Numbered from the stretch's first letter, positions 28,922-40,548 are shown. The stretch: 64,000 nt of DNA from Patescibacteria group bacterium (GCA_018819405.1 JAHJQF010000001.1:34097-98096); one strand, 5' to 3'. Translations and numbers: made by a program. Notes: a model not told the origin generated them from the letters alone.

Positions 28922-30796
28922 TTGAAGAGAGGTAGAATCGTGAAGAGAACATTCTTGATTCTGTTGGCTCTGATCATAACGATCAGTAGCAATGTCCTTG
29001 CACAAGGACCAATCAGCGGATTTTACTACCCCGCTGATGAGATGGTCAATGACTGGCAGTACTATGCCAGCAGAAGCTTCTACGTCGACAACAACCACCT
29101 CGGAGCAGACGTAGATCTGGCGGAGGGAGTGGCGATCAAGGCCATAGCTAGGGGTAAAATCGTCTACTACGCCGGGGCATCATCCTATGGTGCTCTAGTG
29201 GTAGCAATTGAACACGAACTCCCAGAGGAAATAACTTTCCTTGGTGCTACTGGCGAGCTGAGAACGACCAGGTACGTACTCTCAATCTATGGACATCTAC
29301 GAAAAAGTGCAGAGAGAGTAGGCGCAGAACTGCCTTGGCAATACGGAGATATTGTCCAACAGGGTGACATAATCGGTTATGTAAATAATAGTAGTCATCC
29401 TGATGGAATTGCTCCAGACCCAAATGGTGATGGACTTGAACATCTGCATCTGGGAATTCGTCTATCAAATGAAGCAACCGCCAAAGCCCAAGACGGGAGC
29501 CTGTGGCTCAGAGGTTACAATAACAACTCTGGGATGCAAATTTACTTTACTAATCCGATACCCCTGGTATCTGGATTGGCACAATTTGCACAGTCTCCTT
29601 CATGGCAGACCGAAAATGGAGTTTCGTTGTCCTTCATGAACACGTACAATGCCTCTACTGTGGATGATCATCCCCTTGGGATGCCTTGGCAAAATACAGA
29701 GTACGGCTCTATGTATGTTCATGAAGTTAACAACATGCTCATCCAGGACTTTCAAGATCTTCGTGATGAGGGTGGTCCAAGTAATGGTTACTACAACCCT
29801 TACACGGCCATCATTCGTTACGATGATCCCTGGATGAGCCGAGAAGCCCGCTTGCTCAAAGAGGGGTTCTGGGATGTTTGGATGAATCGTCGTGGCTGGA
29901 TCACCTTTGGTTTTCCCACTACAGACGAGGAACTTGATAGTGGAAGAGTCTGGCAGACATTCCGTCGGCCTGGCTTCAACTACCAGAACAATCCCAATGA
30001 CTACAAAGAGTTCCACTTCCGTTGGGACTCTAACACCCAGAGCCTTGATATCCTGGATCAATACTACAACCCCGTAATGTTTTCGGAGTTGGTGGTCGAA
30101 CCAGGAAGTCCCTCTACTATGTTGGAAATGAGTGGAAACAACTACTCTGCTTCCGACATAGCGGAGTTGAAAGAGGCCACTGGTAATAAAGAGGTTACTG
30201 GCGGTGGTTCTATGTCCGAAAACAACCCATTCAAAGAGATGGGACTTTTGGACAGTAGCACGAAATCCCTGACTAATGGCGTCTACCACTCTGGTATTAA
30301 GGTAGCCGCTTTTGGTGAAGCTTTCGAGCTTGTAGAAGGGAACAGCTACGGCGATTTCTATGCCGTAGTCAATGGATCCATGGTACTCATGGACTCTTTT
30401 ACCATGAACGGCAATATGGTTATCTATATTGACGATTCACCCCCAGTAGGAGAGCTCCAGTTTGGCTATTGGACCATTTCGCCCAATCCTGGCAACGTTG
30501 GACAATCGCTCCATCTTGAAGGAGAAGTTTACAACGTTGGAGGATCACCAGTCACTATCTCGGAAGTAAAGATAGAGCTCATTGACCCTAGCGGCAATGA
30601 AGCCTACCATTACTCCGAGTACAACGTTGTTTTGCAACCAGGAAGCGGCTGGTATCAGTGGATGGAATGCTATCCATATATGCCAGGCAATCACACTGTT
30701 CGCTTTCGCGGACTGGTTGATGGGCAATGGACGACATTCTCTACGCACACTGTGTATGTCGAGGGTAGTCAAATAGTCTCTCATCTAGTCGACTGA
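28922..30796 (+). CDS. Secreted M23 (LytM-type) zinc metallopeptidase with a large C-terminal extension; GC-rich, probably acquired
   Basis: HLGADVDLAEG...YGHL...GDIIGYVNNSSHPDG...EHLHLGI is an M23 signature. Signal peptide; probable true start is GTG at 28940 after RBS gaggtag. GC well above its neighbours. Confidence 0.8.
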   Translation: MKRGRIVKRTFLILLALIITISSNVLAQGPISGFYYPADEMVNDWQYYASRSFYVDNNHLGADVDLAEGVAIKAIARGKIVYYAGASSYGALVVAIEHELPEEITFLGATGELRTTRYVLSIYGHLRKSAERVGAELPWQYGDIVQQGDIIGYVNNSSHPDGIAPDPNGDGLEHLHLGIRLSNEATAKAQDGSLWLRGYNNNSGMQIYFTNPIPLVSGLAQFAQSPSWQTENGVSLSFMNTYNASTVDDHPLGMPWQNTEYGSMYVHEVNNMLIQDFQDLRDEGGPSNGYYNPYTAIIRYDDPWMSREARLLKEGFWDVWMNRRGWITFGFPTTDEELDSGRVWQTFRRPGFNYQNNPNDYKEFHFRWDSNTQSLDILDQYYNPVMFSELVVEPGSPSTMLEMSGNNYSASDIAELKEATGNKEVTGGGSMSENNPFKEMGLLDSSTKSLTNGVYHSGIKVAAFGEAFELVEGNSYGDFYAVVNGSMVLMDSFTMNGNMVIYIDDSPPVGELQFGYWTISPNPGNVGQSLHLEGEVYNVGGSPVTISEVKIELIDPSGNEAYHYSEYNVVLQPGSGWYQWMECYPYMPGNHTVRFRGLVDGQWTTFSTHTVYVEGSQIVSHLVD

Positions 30797-31259
30797 ATTC
30801 AGCTTTGAATTTATTTGTTTCAATATTTATTGCTTTTTCTGCTTCATTTATTTTGTTCTTCGTTTCTGATAAAATAACTTCCTTCAGTTTAATATTTTTG
30901 CTCTCCGAAACACTTTCTATTTTTTCGAGTAACAATTTTTCTGCTTCAGCAATCTTGTTCTCAGTTTCTAAAGATAATTTTTTTTCTTGACCACTGAAGG
31001 ATTTTAGTAATTTTTTATCATTTTCGTGACTAAATGAATCAATTGAGGAATCTACCTCATCTCTTATTTGATCTACCAAAGCACGCGTATCCTCGTTTAG
31101 CTTATTGATGCTTTCTTCTTGTTTATCAAGTTTTTTTCTAAGTGGGTTAAGATTAAAGAAAGAAAAGGCAACGCCAAATGCCAACAAAATGGTTACTGAT
31201 ATAGCTAAATAAGCTATGTTAGATTGAACTAATACTTCTGTTAAATTCACTACTTCCAT
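30741..31259 (-). CDS. Membrane-anchored coiled-coil protein, hypothetical; convergent 56-bp overlap with the M23 gene
   Basis: N-terminal TM followed by a heptad-rich Lys/Glu region. Confidence 0.4.
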   Translation of the reverse strand: MEVVNLTEVLVQSNIAYLAISVTILLAFGVAFSFFNLNPLRKKLDKQEESINKLNEDTRALVDQIRDEVDSSIDSFSHENDKKLLKSFSGQEKKLSLETENKIAEAEKLLLEKIESVSESKNIKLKEVILSETKNKINEAEKAINIETNKFKAEFSRLDERLFDYPRHTQCA

Positions 31260-31309
31260 ATATAATTTTTACTTCTCCTACAAACAGCTTATCTTAATTA
31301 CGATAACCA

Positions 31310-31345
31310 GTCAAACAACAAAAAACACCCAAATCGGGTGTTTTA
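31310..31345 (-). terminator. Rho-independent terminator (minus strand) immediately after the GC-rich element
   Basis: Minus-strand RNA is AAAACACCCGAUUUGGGUGUUUUUUGUUGUUUG: stem CACCC/GGGUG followed by a U-run. Confidence 0.65.
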
Positions 31346-31560
31346 AATTAACTAATTTTTTAAGACCATAGTGCTAGCACGAGTGCCCTTCGACTCGCTC
31401 ACTTCGTTCACTCGCTCAGGACATTCGATTCTATTGGTCGAATGGTCGGAGGTGCTGTAAGCACCGCAGATCATGAGTGAACTTTTGCAAAGCAAAAGCG
31501 AATCGAATGGCGGTGCACTCGGGTTAAGTAGCACCAACACGCAAATGTTATAAGGGTTTT
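31346..31560 (-). ncRNA. Candidate structured small RNA (about 215 nt, GC-rich, unknown class)
   Basis: GC-rich island in an AT-rich spacer with nested complementarity on the minus-strand RNA: GGUGC...GCACC, CUUUUGC-UUU-GCAAAAG, GGUGCU-UACA-AGCACC, long-range CAUUCGAUUC/GAAUCGAAUG and CGAGUGC/GCACUCG. Ends at its own terminator. Confidence 0.4.
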
Positions 31561-31683
31561 TGATGATTTTATCTATAACCTAATTTAGGTACGTGGGTCG
31601 TAGTAAAATGCGACAGTATAAAAGATTATTAAATATATTGTTTTAAAAAAAATGCCACTTTTCCGTGCCTAATAGTTTTACTT

Positions 31684-32274
31684 TTAATTTTCTACAATCA
31701 CCGATTGATTATCGGTTAAACGTCTTACTTTGCATTTATACTTATTTTCATAGTTTTTTATTTTTTCTTCAGTCTCTTTAGTATAGTGAGGGTAGATGAT
31801 AGTGTCAGTTAAATTCAAGCCTGTTAGATCTTCTAATTTGACGGTATTTATTTTTCTATCAAAATAATCCACGATGTTAATGTCTGGCCCTAAAACAACT
31901 CCGCCGCCACTGATACCTACAATAATTACTCCTCGATCAACTAGATGGGTGATAACTTTGTCAGCTCCGCTTTTTTTGAGATAATATAAAAGATAAAATG
32001 GATTGCCACCATTAATATAAATAACATCAAACTTTTTTAACTTATTTGGATTTTCAAACTCAATATCAAAAAATTTGACTTGCTTAAAACCCATATTCTC
32101 AAGCACCTGCTTTGCTAAAACCGCATGCTTATTTTCTTCTTTCCACTCTGCTGAGGCGGTGGTTATAATAGCCACAGACAAATTTTTAGATGCTTTAGGT
32201 AACAAAGTTAGCAACTTCTTTTTTAAAGTCTTATTTTTTTGAAACCCATAGGATGATAATATAATGTTTACCAT
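31684..32274 (-). CDS. S51-family peptidase E-like (type 1 glutamine amidotransferase-like fold) protein
   Basis: VIYINGGNPFYLL...GISGGGVVLG motifs. Confidence 0.6.
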   Translation of the reverse strand: MVNIILSSYGFQKNKTLKKKLLTLLPKASKNLSVAIITTASAEWKEENKHAVLAKQVLENMGFKQVKFFDIEFENPNKLKKFDVIYINGGNPFYLLYYLKKSGADKVITHLVDRGVIIVGISGGGVVLGPDINIVDYFDRKINTVKLEDLTGLNLTDTIIYPHYTKETEEKIKNYENKYKCKVRRLTDNQSVIVEN

Positions 32275-32319
32275 ATAACTTATAGTATAAGAAAAAATCG
32301 CCTAAAAAGCAATATATAA

Positions 32320-32366
32320 TTTTTATTAAAAAGGGGTAGGTCATTCATGAATGAATTTCCTACCCC
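32320..32366 (-). terminator. Rho-independent terminator closing the GC-rich island operon
   Basis: GGGGTAGG-18 nt-CCTACCCC hairpin 2 nt past the HAD gene stop; U-run on the minus strand. Confidence 0.6.
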
Positions 32367-32368
32367 GA

Positions 32369-33031
32369 TCAACGCAATCTTAATGGCCAATCCAATTGAC
32401 CGACCACAAAATCAGCTTTAGCTGAAAGAACATTTTGGTACTTAGTATTTGGTCTTTTTACCTCCACAACTAGCGCCTCAGGAAATCTCGTCTTTACCTC
32501 ATCGATATTTTTTGGATTATCATCCAAAAAAATAATCGGCGAGGTACCTATAATTTCCATATAGCGCCACTTAACTCCTGATGTAACCGTGAAGCTGTGG
32601 CAAAGATCACTAAGCTTGCTTCCGACAAATTTAGCAAGCTGGAAATTTAGATCACCATGAGTTAATATAACCACCTCACAACCTGATCTTATCGCAGAAC
32701 CAAGAAAAAGCTCAGAATCATCGAAAACGTACAAATGACCTTTTTCTCTAACATATTTCTGCATTTCTACTACAACTTTTCTAATTCTGTCTAGCTCAAT
32801 TCTTTGACTTCTTTGAACCATCAGAAAAAAGTTAAACAGCAGGTTGTCTGGGGGAACTAAAGCGAGAGATGGATCAAGTAAATCCCTACTAATTCCACAC
32901 GCTTCACACAATTCGTACAGATCCCGATAAAGCGCATCGGAATCAAATACAGTTCTATCAAAATCGACAATAAGCAGTTCCTGACTACTTGTATTCATTA
33001 ACGAAATCCTCCTTTGTGGAACATCAAACAA
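32369..33031 (-). CDS. HAD-superfamily phosphatase/hydrolase (GC-rich island)
   Basis: Motif I IVDFDRTVF (DxDxT) and late FLDDNPKN motif. Confidence 0.7.
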   Translation of the reverse strand: MFDVPQRRISLMNTSSQELLIVDFDRTVFDSDALYRDLYELCEACGISRDLLDPSLALVPPDNLLFNFFLMVQRSQRIELDRIRKVVVEMQKYVREKGHLYVFDDSELFLGSAIRSGCEVVILTHGDLNFQLAKFVGSKLSDLCHSFTVTSGVKWRYMEIIGTSPIIFLDDNPKNIDEVKTRFPEALVVEVKRPNTKYQNVLSAKADFVVGQLDWPLRLR

Positions 33032-33080
33032 TTAAGAGGGATAAGGCTCAATCATGCATATAGCACAATTGAGCCTTGGG

Positions 33081-34127
33081 TTACAACTTGGATGTCTCAT
33101 GGATTCTCTCCACGAGTGTTGGAATGTATTTCTTCTTACACTCGCCACAAAGCGAGGTGCCGGAAACACATTCCTGATACATCCGCGTTGTTGCGTCGTA
33201 AGGTTGTAAAACCTCGGCGATCTTAAAGAAAGAACAATTATGTGGGTTACCACCTTTCCGACGCTGTTCTTCTGGAGTCGAACGACCACCGGAAAAACTT
33301 CGTCGCAGTTTACGCTCAATCTGCTCGCGAGTCTCGTCTAGAAGAATGAGTGATTTTGAGTTCTTCACGCTCATTCTCTGTCCAGGATCTTCCAAGCTTG
33401 GAAGAAGCAGGCGATACGAGTAACTCGGCAACGGAAGCTTAAGTTGACGAGCAATTATCTTCGTAGCTTCCGCGTGTGTGATCTGGTGGATGTCCGATAG
33501 GACAAGAGTCGGACGATTCGGAAAAAGTGTTGTCGGCAAAAGAAACGCTGCGGCTGTGATGGCAGGAACACGAAGCGTAGTAACAGAAACACCCTCGTCC
33601 CAACCATATAGTTGCAAAACCTTTCTTGCCGACAGACACGCTCCTGAACGATTGTCGAGAACTTGGAGTTCCCGACAATCTTGGTCAGAGAAACTCACTG
33701 AAGCATCTGGTAACGAATCACCTATAAACTTCAGATATGTCTCTCCAAACCTCGCCATCTCAATCTTTGCGTCATTGGCACTTAGAAGCCGATCCGCCTC
33801 GTACCCAGCAAACACGAAAATTGGTTGACCACCCTGTTGGACGAGCCAATACAATTCTCGCATTAGTGTGAGATGACCGAGGTGGAATGTCGCACCAGGA
33901 CGCATACCAACTAACACCGAGAACTGCTTTCCAATTACCATTGCTTTGAAGACAGGCAGTGGGTTTTGAAAAGCCCAAACACTGACACGAGCGAAGCCTT
34001 CCCAAATATCGGTAAAATTGTCGGTCAACGCCCCCGCTATTGTCTCGAGAGAGAATTGTTTAACTACGTTGGTTGCTTCAGCAGCAGCCAATATTGCTCT
34101 TTCTCCCAGCCAGTTTTCAAGCGCCAT
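33081..34127 (-). CDS. Divergent TrpRS-like class I aminoacyl-tRNA synthetase paralog with a C-terminal C-x21-C-x6-C-x2-C (putative Fe-S) cluster
   Basis: HIGH-like GMRPGATFHLGH, KMSKS-like SVKNSKSL, and C-terminal NCSFF...QECVSGTSLCGECKKK. Has an N-terminal extension of about 70 aa. GC-rich. Confidence 0.65.
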   Translation of the reverse strand: MALENWLGERAILAAAEATNVVKQFSLETIAGALTDNFTDIWEGFARVSVWAFQNPLPVFKAMVIGKQFSVLVGMRPGATFHLGHLTLMRELYWLVQQGGQPIFVFAGYEADRLLSANDAKIEMARFGETYLKFIGDSLPDASVSFSDQDCRELQVLDNRSGACLSARKVLQLYGWDEGVSVTTLRVPAITAAAFLLPTTLFPNRPTLVLSDIHQITHAEATKIIARQLKLPLPSYSYRLLLPSLEDPGQRMSVKNSKSLILLDETREQIERKLRRSFSGGRSTPEEQRRKGGNPHNCSFFKIAEVLQPYDATTRMYQECVSGTSLCGECKKKYIPTLVERIHETSKL

Positions 34128-34966
34128 TAGTGTCTCCTTTACTTGATTACGCGTGGAGAAAATGAATCATCTCCTCCAAGCGACTTTCCAGGTTGTTGTC
34201 TCTGACATACTGCTCGGCTTTCTGCATGTAGAATGCGGGAAAGTCCGGCATACCCCCATGAAGACTACTTCCCAGCGCCCAAAAACGAGCAACCGCCGCG
34301 AGAGTACTTTCATGCAACTGCTCTTCGGAAAGTGCATGATGGTATCGAAACATATCCCCGCTTTGTGTTACGATCCCCGCTTTCAGAAAAGACAAGGTTG
34401 TCGCCTCAGCCATCCTTACCCACAACTGCTGAAAGGATGGAGAGATGTAGTAACGCAGAAAATAACTGCGATACCACGGACATAGATGGAAGCGCGCGAG
34501 TACGGAGTCTGCCACCAAGTCTACACTTGTGGCAAAAATTCTTTCTCGCTTTACAGCCATCGCTGCCGCAAACGGCCCGATGAACGCCCCACCGACTTCC
34601 ATAACCACATCCCTATCTTTTTGCGAAGCCATGAACATAACATGAGGGTTATATACTTTGCCGGCGAAGTATCCTCCGAAAGTTTTCTGTCTACCATCAC
34701 TCACAAAATCATTTCTATTAAGTAAGTAGATGGTGACCGGATAACCCTCGAAGGACGATTGAATCCTTTGAATAGTGGTTGGTTGCGTGTGGATAAAGAG
34801 AAGATCAAGGTCACTCTCGGGATTTTGTTGGTTCAGCACGAAGCTGCCGTAGCACACCCAAAAGCTCCCGTCACCTTCTTGTGCTCCGATTTCGCTCGCA
34901 AGACATGCAACCGCTCGCGCAACAAAGTCGAAGTTTTCTTGCTTCATGAATGTTCTGTACACGTGC

Positions 34967-37101
<2,135 letters not shown>

Positions 37102-37320
37102 TTAGAGCTATTTTGCTTGACTTGAATTGTCAAGGTTCTGAAACACGAACCAGAATTTAATGTCACTGGTATGACATTTTATTTTACGATAAAACATACA
37201 TTTTGTCAAGCATATATATTCATATATTATTACAATATCCGACTAAGGTCAAACAAAAAAACACTATCAAAATAAATAGTATTTTTATAGGTAATCGGGT
37301 CATCCGATACTAAATTGTCG

Positions 37321-37411
37321 TGGCGGAGAGGACAGGATTCGAACCTGCGAGGGATTTTACTCCCTACTCGCTTTCCAAGCGAGCGCACTAGACCAACTAT
37401 GCGACCTCTCC
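37321..37411 (-). tRNA. tRNA-Ser(GGA): tRNA-Ser (anticodon GGA), long variable arm, CCA encoded
   Basis: GGAGAGGTCGCATAGTTGGTCTAGTGCG-CTCGC-tTGGAaa-GCGAG-TAGGGAGTAAAATCCCTCGC-AGGTTCGAATCCTGT-CCTCTCCGCCA. Confidence 0.8.
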
Positions 37412-37661
37412 ATGTTTTAATACGCTTTTCAAGTTTAGCCCGTAAATAAGCGCAGCGAATTTTACGGGCCGTGTGCACTACCCGCCTGCCACGGCTTCGC
37501 CGAAGGCGATGGCGGGCAGGGACCACCCACCGCCACAAATATCTAATTTAAATGAAGGCGGGGTCCCGCTACGCGGGATATGCGAACCTTCCTAGTGACC
37601 AACTATGTTTAGCCCGTAGCCAGACAAGCTATGCTTGGATGTGCTATGGGCCGACCTCTCC
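37412..37661. other. GC-rich hairpin-rich about 250-bp element abutting the tRNA-Ser 5' end, bounded by an 11-bp direct repeat of the tRNA 5' end
   Basis: cgacctctcca at 37403-37413 and 37651-37661. Hairpins GCCCGTAAA-14-TTTACGGGC, CCTGCC...GGCAGG, TCCCGC-tac-GCGGGA; gtttagcccgta is repeated. Confidence 0.4.
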
Positions 37662-37741
37662 AAAATATGCCTAAACAGTATAGATTTTATCATAATTTTA
37701 GTCAATACAAAAACCCCCGCCAAAAAGCGAGGGTCTGTAAA

Positions 37742-40150
37742 TTATTTTTTAGACTTTTTACGACTTCTAGTTTTTTCAGTTTTCTTGATAGCAATAATGG
37801 TTTTGATTACCGTGTCTGGATTGAGTGAAATAGAATCAATACCCTCGCCTACCAAAAATTGAGCAAAGTCCGGAAAATCAGAGGGAGCCTGACCGCAGAT
37901 ACCGATTTTTCTTTTGTTCTTTTTGGCAATAGCTATCACTTGTCTTATCAACTGTTTGACTGATTCATTTCTTTCATCATAGACATGAGCGACCAATTCG
38001 CTGTCACGATCTACGCCTAGAGTAAGCTGAGTAAGGTCGTTTGACCCGATTGAAAATCCGTCAAAAATTTGGCAGAACTCTTCGGCTAGTATTACATTGG
38101 ACGGAATTTCACACATCACATACACCTCCAAGCCGTCTACACCACGCTTGAGACCATGCTCAGCCATAATACGCAATACTTTTTTGCCCTCTTCTACTGT
38201 CCGACAAAATGGTACCATGATTTTCAAATTCTTTAGACCCATTTCTTTGCGTACTTTGACCAATGCTTTGCACTCCAGCTCAAAAGCAGCTAGATATTTT
38301 GGACTATAATATCTACTAGCCCCACGCCAGCCAATCATTGGATTTCTTTCTTCCGGCTCAAACTCAGTACCACCAATCAAACTAGCATATTCATTTGATT
38401 TAAAATCAGACAATCTAATAATTACATCTTTAGGATAAAAAGCGGCCGCAATTCTGGAAATTCCTTCGGCTAATTTGTCTATGAAAAATTGTGGTTTATT
38501 TTTGTAAGCTGCGGTCTGCTCTTCAATAACTCTCTTGGTCTTAGGGTCTTTGATTTTGGCAAAGTTGAGCAAAGCCAAAGGATGAATACGAATGTAATTG
38601 GAAATAATAAATTCTTCACGAGCCAAACCAACACCTTCATTGGGAATAAAACTTTGTGCCATGGCCATTTCTGGATTACCAATATTCATCATTATCTTGG
38701 TTTTGGATTTTTTGAAATTTTTCAAATTTGTTTTTTTGATTTCGTATTTTAGTAAACCGTTGTAAATGAATCCTTTTTCACCTTCAGCACAGGAGACCGT
38801 GACATTTTGTCCATTTTTCAATTTTTCTGTCCCGTCTTTGGTGCCGACTACGCAAGGAATACCCAACTCACGAGAAATAATAGCCGCGTGACATGTCCTG
38901 CCACCCGAATTGGTAATGATAGCGCTGGCTATTTTCATAATTGGCTCCCAATCTGGATCAGTCATCTCGGTGACTAGCACCTCACCTGGCTTGAACTTGT
39001 CAATATTTTTGGCGTCTTTGATAATATGGACCTTGCCCTGACCAATTTTGTTGCCCACCGATGCACCAATAGACAAAACCTTGCTGCGTTCTTTGATAAT
39101 ATATTCAATCAAAGTATTGGGGTCATCCTGACTGCGGACTGTCTCCGGTCTGGCTTGTACAATATAGAGTTTGCCAGTCTTACCATCTTTGGCCCATTCC
39201 ATATCCATTGGTTTTTTGTAGTGCTCTTCAATTTGGACTGCCCATTTAGCCAGTTGCAATACCTCGCTGTCTTTGAGCACAAAAGTATTTTGCTCCTTTT
39301 TTGAGACAGGCATATTTTTGGTGTTGCTTTTGGCCTGGCTATCATAAATCAATTTTTTATCCTTGTGACCCAAAGTCTTGGAAATAATAGGTTTGAATCC
39401 CTTAAGTAGTGTTGGCTTGAATACATAGTATTCATCAGGGTTGACCATGCCTTGGACAATATATTCCCCTAATCCGTATATAGAATTGATAAGCACAGCA
39501 TCTCTAAAACCAGATTCAGTATCAATAGAAAACATAACGCCAGATGAAGCCATATCAGAACGTACCATTTTTTGGATAGTGATCGAAAGCTTTACCTTAA
39601 AATGACTAAAGCCTTTGTCAGTACGATATGATACTGCCCTATCAGTAAACAAGCTGGCCATACATCTTTTGCAAGCATCCAAAATCTCTTCAGCTCCTTC
39701 TACATTGAGATAAGTGTCCTGTTGACCGGCAAAAGAAGCGTCCGGCAAATCCTCAGCTGTGGCTGAAGAACGTACCGCCACATCAACATTGGTAGTTTTG
39801 AATTCTTTGGAAAGCTTGTGGTAATTATTTACAATATCCTCTTTCAAATCCTCAGGAAATTCCGCCTTGAGTATTGCCTGCCTGACTTTATGGGCATGCT
39901 CCTGTAAATTTTTGATATTGTGAGTATTGAGAGTCTTGAGAATTTGTCTAATCTCTTTTTTTACACCGGTTGTAGTAATAAAATAATCATAGGCTTCAGC
40001 GGTCACTGCAAAACCATTTGGTATTGGCACGCCTTTTCTGGTCAGTTTGGAATACATTTCACCTAGTGATGCATTTTTGCCGCCCACGCTTGGCACGTCT
40101 TTGATACCAATTTCTTTAAACCACAAAATGTATTTATTTTTCTTTGCCAT
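37742..40150 (-). CDS. ppsA: Phosphoenolpyruvate synthase (pyruvate, water dikinase)
   Basis: N-terminal VPSVGGKNASLGEM, PEP-utilising mobile domain GGRTCHAAIISRELGIPCVVG, C-terminal PEP/pyruvate domain; 802 aa. Confidence 0.9.
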   Translation of the reverse strand: MAKKNKYILWFKEIGIKDVPSVGGKNASLGEMYSKLTRKGVPIPNGFAVTAEAYDYFITTTGVKKEIRQILKTLNTHNIKNLQEHAHKVRQAILKAEFPEDLKEDIVNNYHKLSKEFKTTNVDVAVRSSATAEDLPDASFAGQQDTYLNVEGAEEILDACKRCMASLFTDRAVSYRTDKGFSHFKVKLSITIQKMVRSDMASSGVMFSIDTESGFRDAVLINSIYGLGEYIVQGMVNPDEYYVFKPTLLKGFKPIISKTLGHKDKKLIYDSQAKSNTKNMPVSKKEQNTFVLKDSEVLQLAKWAVQIEEHYKKPMDMEWAKDGKTGKLYIVQARPETVRSQDDPNTLIEYIIKERSKVLSIGASVGNKIGQGKVHIIKDAKNIDKFKPGEVLVTEMTDPDWEPIMKIASAIITNSGGRTCHAAIISRELGIPCVVGTKDGTEKLKNGQNVTVSCAEGEKGFIYNGLLKYEIKKTNLKNFKKSKTKIMMNIGNPEMAMAQSFIPNEGVGLAREEFIISNYIRIHPLALLNFAKIKDPKTKRVIEEQTAAYKNKPQFFIDKLAEGISRIAAAFYPKDVIIRLSDFKSNEYASLIGGTEFEPEERNPMIGWRGASRYYSPKYLAAFELECKALVKVRKEMGLKNLKIMVPFCRTVEEGKKVLRIMAEHGLKRGVDGLEVYVMCEIPSNVILAEEFCQIFDGFSIGSNDLTQLTLGVDRDSELVAHVYDERNESVKQLIRQVIAIAKKNKRKIGICGQAPSDFPDFAQFLVGEGIDSISLNPDTVIKTIIAIKKTEKTRSRKKSKK

Positions 40151-40227
40151 AATATTTTCTTTTAGAAAAATTAAGTCAAGCAGAAACGCTAGACTTAATT
40201 TACTTATTTTTTAACTAAGTTCAAAAA

Positions 40228-40536
40228 CTACAAATTAATCTTTTTTGCATATTTGCCCAATACTGGCAGCTCCCAATATCTACCATCTAAACAGGCTTTG
40301 ATACCCAAAACTGCTAAAATGACAGATATGATCATAACAAAAGGCATTAAAAAAGCGATTATCATACCGACTATTTCAAAAGCAAAAAGCATCACTCCTT
40401 GTTTGGCATGAAATTGGGCAAACTTTGATTTTTTGGCCAAAAACAAGGGTACAAAGCAAAGTATGCCTATATAGCCAATGGCAGCGGTAATTTGATTTTT
40501 TTCAACATCGTTTTTTTCTGGTGTTGGTGTTGACAT
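40228..40536 (-). CDS. Small membrane protein, DUF4870-like
   Basis: YIGILCFVPLFL...FHAKQG pattern. Confidence 0.45.
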   Translation of the reverse strand: MSTPTPEKNDVEKNQITAAIGYIGILCFVPLFLAKKSKFAQFHAKQGVMLFAFEIVGMIIAFLMPFVMIISVILAVLGIKACLDGRYWELPVLGKYAKKINL

Positions 40537-40548
40537 AGTTATTTTATT

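Noticed and set aside
29600-30289. 229-aa minus-strand ORF, and several shorter ones, antisense inside the M23 peptidase gene
   Set aside because: They lie entirely within a well-supported plus-strand CDS in GC-rich DNA, where long antisense ORFs arise by chance. No motifs are present.
37230-37538. 102-aa Arg-rich minus-strand ORF overlapping tRNA-Ser and the GC-rich element
   Set aside because: It overlaps a tRNA gene and its composition is driven by GC-rich non-coding DNA. There is no RBS or motif.
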